A stretch of DNA of 64,000 nt from a virus: the IMG/VR virus record IMGVR_UViG_3300047281_000098, positions 32,001-96,000 of that record; one strand, 5' to 3'. Below the pieces are notes generated by a model. That model was not told where the DNA came from, did no database searches, and saw only the letters and a program-made list of their open reading frames with translations. Below, piece after piece: positions 57,001 through 64,000 of the stretch; the first letter of the stretch is position 1; every line of letters begins with the position of its first letter. Position numbers and translations under genes: made by a program.

Positions 57001-60000
57001 GCAGCTACTGGATTGACTTCAATTCCTGGCGCGAATGTATCTGGTACAGTGGCAAATGCGACATACGCAGTAAGTTCAGGTACAGCGGGTACAGTAACAA
57101 CTGCGGCACAGCCAAATATTACAAGCACTGGTACGTTGACATCATTAGCAGTCACTGGTAACATCTCTTCAGGAAATGTTTCAGCAACAACTTTCACCGG
57201 TGCGTTAACTGGTCTTGCTTCAAGTGCGACAGTAGCAGCTAGTGCGAATGCGGTAGCAGGCGTTAATGTAAGCGGGCAAGTAGCAAACGCATTAGTAGCC
57301 GGCACTGTGTATACTGCGGCACAACCAAACATCACTAGTACAGGTACTTTAACCTCATTAACTGTTACTGGTAATATTAATTCAGGCAATGTATCAGGTG
57401 GTAACTTAGTAAGTGCTACTTATCTACAAGGGACGTTAACTACTGCTGCTCAACCAAACATCACAAGTACAGGTACATTAACTTCATTAGCAGTTACTGG
57501 TAACATTTCAGGTGCCAATCTAACTGGTACTCATTATGGCGCAGCTACTGGACTAACTGCTATTCCAGGCGCGAATGTAACTGGTACAGTGGCAAATGCG
57601 ACATACGCAGTAAGTTCAGGTACAGCAGGTACAGCAGGTACTGTAACAACTGCTGCGCAGCCAAATATTACAAGTACAGGTACATTAACTTCATTAGCAG
57701 TAACAGGTAATATTACTTCAGGCAATGCTAATTTAGGCAATGCTGTCACTGCTAACTTCTTTGTAGGTAGCGGCCAGTATCTTACTAATTTAAATGCAGG
57801 TACTAATATTGTCAACGGAAATAGTAATGTAGTTGTCAGTCCAAATAGTAATATCACATTTGGAGTGGCCGGGGTGGCTGGTTTAGCAGTAGTTACGAGT
57901 ACCGGTGCTAATATTAATGGTTATTTAACAGTAACAGGTAATGTAAGTGCCGGTAATGTTTCTGGTACACGATTTACTGGTTTACTTGCTGGATCATTGC
58001 TAACTAACGCTCAGCCAAACATTACTTCAGTTGGAACATTAAGTTCATTAACAGTTAGTGGAATATCTAATTTAAGTGAAGTTGGTAACATAAAAATTTC
58101 AGGTGGTAGTTTAAATACTTACTTGACAACTGACGGCACAGGCAATCTTACTTGGACATCAGGTGCGTTTAGTCCAGTAGCCGGTTCAAATACACAGGTT
58201 CAATTCAATAATAATGGTTTATTTGGTGCCAGTGCTAATCTAACATTCAACGGTAATTTATTGTCATTAGTTGGTAATATGACTGCTGGTAACGTGACTG
58301 GTGCAAATCTGATGAGCGCCAATTATGTCACTGGTACACTAACAACAGCAGCACAGCCAAATATTACATCAGTGGGATCACTGACTAATCTAATTGTATC
58401 TGGTAATATTAACTCTGGTAATGTTGCCGGCGGCAACTTAGTAAGTGCTACTTATCTACAAGGTACAGTAACAACTGCGGCTCAGCCAAATATTACTAGT
58501 ACAGGTACGTTAAGTTCATTGGCAGTAACGGGAAATGTATCAAGTGGTAACGCTAACTTAGGTAACTTGTTAATTGCTAATTTCTATCAAGGAACTTTAA
58601 CAACTGCTGCCCAGCCAAATATCACGTCTGTTGGAACATTAAGTTCATTAGCAGTAACAGCTAATATTCAAGCTGGTAACTTATATTCATCTGGCGTATT
58701 GCAAGTAACAGCTAATGCTAATGTTGGTAATTTAGGCACTGTTGGATTAATATCAGCAACTGGTAATATAACCGGTGGTAACTTATCAACTGCAGGCGCG
58801 CTGTTAGTAACAGGTAATGCTACTGTTGGTAATATTAGTGCTACAACACATACAGGCGGAACTGTCAATGTAACAGGTAATATCACTGGTGGTAACTTAA
58901 TCACTGGTGGTCTTGCATCAGTAACAGGTAATATCACTGGTGGGAACGTAATCACTGGTGGACGCGCAACCGCAACAGGTAATGTCACTGGTGGAAATTT
59001 AGTAACGTCAGGTGCACTAAGTGTTACTGGTAACGCTAATGTAGGTAATTTAGGTACTACTGGATTAATTACTGCGTCTGGTAATATTACTGGTGGTAAT
59101 ATTATAACATCTGGTTCAATATCAGTAACAGGCAACGCCTCAGTTGGTAACCTGAGCACTGTTGGGCTAGTAGTTGGAACAGGCAATATAACATCCAATG
59201 CGAATGTTGTAACAAACAATATTTTAGGCAGAACGACTGGGGTGACAATTACTGCTGTTGGTATTGATCAAAACATCTCACTAGTCCCAACAGGCACTGG
59301 GTCAGTTGATGTCGCAAGCAAAAATATTACTAGTTTAGCAGAGCCTGTTAATGCAACAGACGCTGCTACTAAAGCATATGTAGATGCAGTTGCATCTAAC
59401 TTAATTGTCAAAGCGGCATGTCAGTTAGCAACTACAGTAGCACTTGTCGCAAACTACAATAATGGAACAAGTGGTGTTAATGCGACATTAACTGCTACTA
59501 CTAATGTAGTATTGCCAAATATTGATAGTTATCCTGACACTCAAGTAGGATATCGTATTCTTGTCAAGAATCAAGCAACTACTCAACAAAACGGTATTTA
59601 TGTTGTTACTAGTTTAGGTGAAGCAGGAATTTCTCCTTGGATACTTACCCGGGCAACAGATTTTGACGGTAACAACCCTCTTTCAGAAATAACAGCAGGT
59701 GATTTTACTTTCATTCAAGAAGGTACTACTCAAGCAAATTCGGGATGGGCTGAGACCGCAGTAGGTACAGGTCTGCCGGGTGAATATATCATCGTAGGAA
59801 CTGACCCGATAACATTTACTCAGTTTTCAGGCGCCGGAACGTACACTGCTGGCACAGGATTATCATTAATTGGTACTCAGTTCAGTATAGCAAATACTAC
59901 AATAACTCCAGCTTCATATGGTGGTTCTACTGCTATTCCTACTTTCACTGTAAATCAACAAGGTCAGTTAACAGCAGCAGGTACAGCAGCAGTCATTGCC

Positions 60001-63000
60001 CCGGCAGGAACGTTAACAGGTGCTACATTAAATTCAACAGTGGTGACTTCAAGCTTAACATCAGTTGGAACACTAGGTTCATTGACAGTAACTGCTAATA
60101 TAAGTGCTGGCAATGTTAACTCTAAATTCTTTGGGGCGCTTAACGGAACTGTTGGAGCAACAACAGCTAACACAGGTAACTTCACAACAGTTGCTGGTAC
60201 TACAATAACAGGAACAGGAAATGTCACCGGCGCAAACTTAGTTACGGGCGGCGTGCTAACAGTAACCGGAAATGCTAACGTTGGTAATCTAGGCACCACA
60301 ACTGCTATTATATCTACTGCCAACATAACAACTATAAACGCAGCAACTATCAATGCGAATACTGTAATAAATGTAACTTCGTCAACTGAAGCAACAAGCA
60401 CAACAACTGGTTCTATTAAGACTGCCGGCGGCATTGGTGTTGTAGGGAACGCTGTGATCGGCAACACATTGTATGTAGGCAATGGTGCAGCGGCAACAAC
60501 ATTTATCAACCCTGTTATCATTGCTAAAGACACTGGAGCTACTTATGTTCAAGCAGCACTGATCAATAATTCGAACACCGGATCATCTGATTGGGTAGCA
60601 TACGGGGATACAGGTACTGATTCTCAATCTTTTGTGGATATAGGATTTACTAGCAGCGCATTCAATGACCCTGCGTATACTATCACAGGTACAAATGATG
60701 GATACGTATTCGCTCAAGGCGACACTGCTAATGTCAATGGTGGAAATTTAGTATTCGCAACTGGCTCACAAGGTACAACAAAAGACTTAGTATTCGCAAC
60801 CGGTGGCTTCTTAGTCGCTAATGAGAAAATGCGTTTCATACATGCAACTGGTCAATTCTATATTGAACCTACTACTGCTGCTTCAAGTACGATAACAGGC
60901 GCATTACGTGTAGCAGGCGGAGCAGGTATTGGTGGTAACGCATACGTTGGTGGACTTTTAGCAGTCACTGGCAATATCTCCGGTGCTAACATCAATGGTA
61001 CTTTCTATGGCGCAGCAACTGGACTAACTTCAATCCCGGGCGCGAATGTAACTGGTACTGTACCACTTGCTGCAAGTGCTACTTCAGCTACCACAGCAGG
61101 AACAGTAACAACTGCTGCTCAACCAAATATCACTTCAACTGGTACTTTAACTGCTCTAGCAGTAACCGGCAATATATCAGGTGCTAACGTAACCGGTACT
61201 CATTATGGCGCAGCTACTGGACTAACAGCTATCCCAGGTGCTAACGTAACTGGTACTGTTCCGCTTGCTAATGTTGCATCATTCGATTCAATCACTACAG
61301 TGGCAACCGGCGTCGTATATGCCCAGTTCTCTAATACTGTTTCAGGCACTGCGATTGCATATGCTAACTCTGTTTATACTGCTAATATAGCCAATGGATC
61401 ATTTACAGCAACAAGATTCGTTGGTGCGTTAACTGGTCTTGCTTCAAGTGCAACAGTAGCTGCTTCTGCAAATGCAGTGGCAGGCGCCAACGTAAGTGGA
61501 CAAGTAGCAAACGCATTAGTTGCGGGTACTGTTTATACTGCTGCCCAACCAAATATCACAAGTACAGGAACTTTGACTGCTTTAGCAGTAACAGGTAACA
61601 TCTCAGGTGCTAACATCAATGGTACTTTCTATGGCGCAGCAACTGGACTAACTTCAATCCCGGGTGCGAATGTCTCTGGTACTGTACCACTTGCTACTAC
61701 AGCAGGTACAGTAACAACTGCTGCTCAACCAAATATCACATCAGTTGGTACTTTAACTTCGTTAGTAGTAACTGGTAATGTCACATCAGGTAATGCTAAT
61801 TTAGGTAATTTACTAATTGCTAACTTCATTCAAGGGACATTAACAACTGCTGCTCAACCAAATATCACATCAGTTGGTACTTTAACTTCGTTAGTAGTAA
61901 CTGGTAACATCGACGGGGCTAACATAACAGGTACTCATTATGGGGCAGCTACTGGATTAACTTCAATCCCGGGTGCTAATGTATCTGGTACAGTAGCCAA
62001 TGCGACATACGCAGTAAGTTCAGGTACAGCAGGTACAGTAACAACTGCCGCACAATCAAATATTACTTCAGTTGGAACTCTGACGAGTTTAAGTGTTAAT
62101 GGTGGCATAACTGCAATTAATATCACTGCTAATACAGGTGTATTTACGGGTAACGGCTCTAGTTTATCAGCGATAGCAGGTGGAAATGTAACTGGTCAAG
62201 TTGCTAATGCGCTAGTAGCGGGTACAGTTTATACTGCGGCACAACCAAATATTACATCAGTTGGAACTCTAACTTCATTAAGTGTATCAGGTAATGTTAA
62301 TGGTGTTCGTGCTACTTTCACAGCGACGGCGGCTCCAACTACTGATATGGTTTCCATAACTAATGCAGGCCAAGCAGTAGCAACAGTAGGTGTAAGTGGA
62401 TTACAAGTGACTTATGTGGGCGGTGCTGCAGCAATTGAAGCATCGGCTAGTAGAATTGATCTGACTCCGGGTGGAACTACTGGTGGTATTTGGAATGGAC
62501 ATAGAATTGTAGCAACAGCATCAACTACTGGGGTCGCAGTGAATGCGATTAAAGTTGATACTAAAGCAGCAGGATTAGGCACAAGTTCAGTTATCTATTC
62601 CGGTACTGGGTGGGATAGTATTGTCAACTACAATGGCACCACTGTTATAAATGGAACAGGACAAGTAGTTGCTGGTCAAATAACTGGACAAGTAGCAAAC
62701 GCATTGGTGGCAAGTACAGTTTATACTGCTGCGCAACCAAATATTACTTCAGTTGGAACTTTAACTGCTCTAGCAGTAACCGGCAATATATCAGGTGCTA
62801 ACATAACAGGTACTCATTATGGCGCAGCAACTGGATTAACTTCAATCCCGGGTGCGAATGTAACTGGTACTGTTGCTAATGCGACATACGCAGTAAGTGC
62901 AGGTACAGCAGGTAGTGCTACTACAGCAGGTACAGTAACAACTGCTGCGCAACCAAATATTACTTCTATAGGCACGTTGACTTCATTGAGTTCATCAGGT

Positions 63001-63351
63001 AACATCTCAGGTGCTAATGTAGCAGCTACCACATATACTATTCATGGAGTAACTACTGGGATTTCAGCAGCAGGATCGACTCAAGGTACTGGTACTGTAT
63101 TAACTAAGCAGATAAATATTGTTCCTACAGTAGCCGCGGGACAAGGTGTTGTATTGCCCGTTGCTGTAGCAGGTATGATTATCTTTATTACTAATACCAG
63201 TGCTAATACATTATTAGCGTATCCTGCATCAGGTGGAACAATAAATACATTGGCGTTGAATGGAGCATTATCAATGCCAGCTGGTTCTACTTTACAGTAC
63301 TTGGCACCTACTACTACTCAGTGGTACACGGTTGGGGCAACATACGCTTAA
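54067..63351 (+). CDS. Giant (3094-aa) repetitive tail fibre
   Basis: N-terminal I.FGT.PDD..AD.IRTAF.K; dozens of TAAQPNITS(V/T)GTL repeats; internal EP..ATDAATK.YVD / RILVKNQ...QNGIYVV fibre module. Confidence 0.8.
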   Translation: MAQNNIDFGTFPDDPSADAIRTAFQKVQDNFDQVFAVTTGASVTSVNKTPGVGITVSSPIGDVVVSANIACVQVSTSSLSIGRGSNGGTSTSITASSQILVIDINPTNVFSNSFAAVGGGLANITGKLTVAANAQPNITSVGTLTTLAVSGNISAGNVAATTFTGNFTGNATTAGTVTTAAQPNITSVGTLTSLVVTGNITSGNANLGNLARANFIQGTLTTAAQPNITSTGTLSSLAVTGNVTSGNANLGNLLIANFHQGTLTTAAQPNITSVGTLTALAVTGNVTSGNANLGNLSIANFIQGTLTTAAQPNITSVGTLSSLAVTGNISGANLTGTHYGAATGLTAIPGANVTGTVANATYAVSSGTAGSATTAGTVTTAAQPNITSVGTLTALAVTGNVTSGNANLGNLSIANFIQGTLTTAAQPNITSTGTLTALAVTGNISGANITGTHYGAATGLTAIPGANVTGTVANATYAVSAGTAGTVTTAAQPNITSTGTLTALAVTGNITSGNANLGNLLIANFIQGTLTTAAQPNITSTGTLSSLAVTGNISAGNVSATTFTGAFTGNSTTAGTVTTAAQPNITSVGTLTSLAVSGNITSGNVSATTFTGALTGLASSATVAASANAVAGANVSGQVANALVAGTVYTAAQPNITSTGTLTSLSVTGNISAANVNAATFGAHNGTVGASTPNTVAATSITATTTIAATGNLSGANINTAGVLSVTGNANVGNLGTAGLIVATGNITGGNLVTAGNLSVTGNAIITGNLSAAVFTGAGTGLTFLPGANVSGTVANATYAVSSGTAGSATTAGTVTTAAQPNITSTGTLTALAVTGNISGANINGTFYGAATGLTSIPGANVTGTVPLAASATTAGTVTTAAQPNITSTGTLTALAVTGNISGANITGTHYGAATGLTSIPGANVSGTVANATYAVSSGTAGTVTTAAQPNITSVGILTSLAVTGNISGANVTGTHYGAATGLTSIPGANVSGTVANATYAVSSGTAGTVTTAAQPNITSTGTLTSLAVTGNISSGNVSATTFTGALTGLASSATVAASANAVAGVNVSGQVANALVAGTVYTAAQPNITSTGTLTSLTVTGNINSGNVSGGNLVSATYLQGTLTTAAQPNITSTGTLTSLAVTGNISGANLTGTHYGAATGLTAIPGANVTGTVANATYAVSSGTAGTAGTVTTAAQPNITSTGTLTSLAVTGNITSGNANLGNAVTANFFVGSGQYLTNLNAGTNIVNGNSNVVVSPNSNITFGVAGVAGLAVVTSTGANINGYLTVTGNVSAGNVSGTRFTGLLAGSLLTNAQPNITSVGTLSSLTVSGISNLSEVGNIKISGGSLNTYLTTDGTGNLTWTSGAFSPVAGSNTQVQFNNNGLFGASANLTFNGNLLSLVGNMTAGNVTGANLMSANYVTGTLTTAAQPNITSVGSLTNLIVSGNINSGNVAGGNLVSATYLQGTVTTAAQPNITSTGTLSSLAVTGNVSSGNANLGNLLIANFYQGTLTTAAQPNITSVGTLSSLAVTANIQAGNLYSSGVLQVTANANVGNLGTVGLISATGNITGGNLSTAGALLVTGNATVGNISATTHTGGTVNVTGNITGGNLITGGLASVTGNITGGNVITGGRATATGNVTGGNLVTSGALSVTGNANVGNLGTTGLITASGNITGGNIITSGSISVTGNASVGNLSTVGLVVGTGNITSNANVVTNNILGRTTGVTITAVGIDQNISLVPTGTGSVDVASKNITSLAEPVNATDAATKAYVDAVASNLIVKAACQLATTVALVANYNNGTSGVNATLTATTNVVLPNIDSYPDTQVGYRILVKNQATTQQNGIYVVTSLGEAGISPWILTRATDFDGNNPLSEITAGDFTFIQEGTTQANSGWAETAVGTGLPGEYIIVGTDPITFTQFSGAGTYTAGTGLSLIGTQFSIANTTITPASYGGSTAIPTFTVNQQGQLTAAGTAAVIAPAGTLTGATLNSTVVTSSLTSVGTLGSLTVTANISAGNVNSKFFGALNGTVGATTANTGNFTTVAGTTITGTGNVTGANLVTGGVLTVTGNANVGNLGTTTAIISTANITTINAATINANTVINVTSSTEATSTTTGSIKTAGGIGVVGNAVIGNTLYVGNGAAATTFINPVIIAKDTGATYVQAALINNSNTGSSDWVAYGDTGTDSQSFVDIGFTSSAFNDPAYTITGTNDGYVFAQGDTANVNGGNLVFATGSQGTTKDLVFATGGFLVANEKMRFIHATGQFYIEPTTAASSTITGALRVAGGAGIGGNAYVGGLLAVTGNISGANINGTFYGAATGLTSIPGANVTGTVPLAASATSATTAGTVTTAAQPNITSTGTLTALAVTGNISGANVTGTHYGAATGLTAIPGANVTGTVPLANVASFDSITTVATGVVYAQFSNTVSGTAIAYANSVYTANIANGSFTATRFVGALTGLASSATVAASANAVAGANVSGQVANALVAGTVYTAAQPNITSTGTLTALAVTGNISGANINGTFYGAATGLTSIPGANVSGTVPLATTAGTVTTAAQPNITSVGTLTSLVVTGNVTSGNANLGNLLIANFIQGTLTTAAQPNITSVGTLTSLVVTGNIDGANITGTHYGAATGLTSIPGANVSGTVANATYAVSSGTAGTVTTAAQSNITSVGTLTSLSVNGGITAINITANTGVFTGNGSSLSAIAGGNVTGQVANALVAGTVYTAAQPNITSVGTLTSLSVSGNVNGVRATFTATAAPTTDMVSITNAGQAVATVGVSGLQVTYVGGAAAIEASASRIDLTPGGTTGGIWNGHRIVATASTTGVAVNAIKVDTKAAGLGTSSVIYSGTGWDSIVNYNGTTVINGTGQVVAGQITGQVANALVASTVYTAAQPNITSVGTLTALAVTGNISGANITGTHYGAATGLTSIPGANVTGTVANATYAVSAGTAGSATTAGTVTTAAQPNITSIGTLTSLSSSGNISGANVAATTYTIHGVTTGISAAGSTQGTGTVLTKQINIVPTVAAGQGVVLPVAVAGMIIFITNTSANTLLAYPASGGTINTLALNGALSMPAGSTLQYLAPTTTQWYTVGATYA

Positions 63352-63363
63352 TAGAAAGATAAA

Positions 63364-63984
63364 ATGATAACATTAGAACTACTAGCGGCAATATGCCCTA
63401 ATACTAAAAGAACAGTTTTAGAAAAATATGTTGATTCTTTAAATGAAGTTGCTGAATATTATGATATGACTAAGAATCCAGCAAGACTTGCTAGTTTTTT
63501 AGCACAAGTAGCACACGAAAGTGGAGGATTTAACGCAGTGAAAGAAGGATTAAATTACTCTGCTCCCGGTTTACGGGCTACTTTTGGTAAATATTTTCCA
63601 ACAAACGAAATGGCCATGAGTTACGCAAGAAAACCAGAGTCAATTGCTAATAGAGTATATGCGAATCGCATGGGCAACGGGTCAGAAGAATCAGGTGATG
63701 GCTATAAATTTTGTGGTCGAGGCCTAATTCAACTAACTGGGCGCGATAACTACACCAAGTTTGCTAACGATCTAAGTATGAGTATTGAAGAAACTGTTGA
63801 CTATTTACAAACTCCTGAGGGAGCATGTGCTAGCGCCGGGTGGTTTTGGGATAATAATAACTTAAATTCATATTGTGATAGAAATGATTTTACGGGTTTA
63901 ACTAAACGAATCAACGGCGGCATTAATGGTCTAGCAGATAGAAAACATCATTTTGACATAGCGTTAAATATGTTACAAGGATAA
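63364..63984 (+). CDS. Glycoside hydrolase family 19 endolysin
   Basis: FLAQ.AHES, E.LNYS, GDGYKF.GRGLIQLTG..NY, SAGWFW, TKRINGG.NGL.DR. Confidence 0.92.
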   Translation: MITLELLAAICPNTKRTVLEKYVDSLNEVAEYYDMTKNPARLASFLAQVAHESGGFNAVKEGLNYSAPGLRATFGKYFPTNEMAMSYARKPESIANRVYANRMGNGSEESGDGYKFCGRGLIQLTGRDNYTKFANDLSMSIEETVDYLQTPEGACASAGWFWDNNNLNSYCDRNDFTGLTKRINGGINGLADRKHHFDIALNMLQG

Positions 63985-64000
63985 ACATGTCACAACCAAT

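Noticed and set aside
54468-63032. Long minus-strand ORFs (up to 317 aa) opposite the fibre genes
   Set aside because: Antisense shadows of Thr/Gly/Ala/Asn repeat codons; no RBS, promoter or motifs. The same applies to 52132..52764, 24945..25490 and 19096..19665.
1-64000. Alternative genetic code (stop-codon reassignment)
   Set aside because: Core genes are full-length under code 11, and TAG/TGA stops coincide with conserved C-termini and coupled starts.

Overview
A 64-kb segment of a large lytic T4-superfamily-like myovirus genome: AT-rich, standard genetic code, mostly + strand. It holds recombination and replication genes (gp32 SSB, UvsX, UvsY, UvsW, gp62-like, primase, gp41 helicase, DEDDh exonuclease). 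It also holds nucleotide and auxiliary genes (dNMP kinase, MazG, NUDIX, Dam-type MTase, IscA, GGCT), virion genes (gp13/14/15-like, 1182-aa sheath, tube, gp4, two repeat-rich fibres, putative internal head proteins) and a GH19 endolysin. Two promoter classes are visible: sigma70 TTGACA-N17-TATAAT and late-type TAAATA. Five observations stand out. (1) A 6-kb early operon of about 22 translationally coupled, divergent paralogous mini-genes sharing a C-terminal F-x-L-R-W motif. Several carry N-terminal pieces resembling fragments of essential phage proteins (major capsid protein, helicase Walker A), suggesting a decoy or display library. (2) A 199-aa DnaE-like polymerase with all catalytic motifs, directly downstream. 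(3) A densely base-paired non-coding region of about 590 nt, a candidate large ncRNA or origin. (4) An array of repeated promoter cassettes, each driving tiny genes. (5) Polyprotein-like head proteins and possibly packaged enzymes. All product calls come from motif recognition by eye; no database searches were run.
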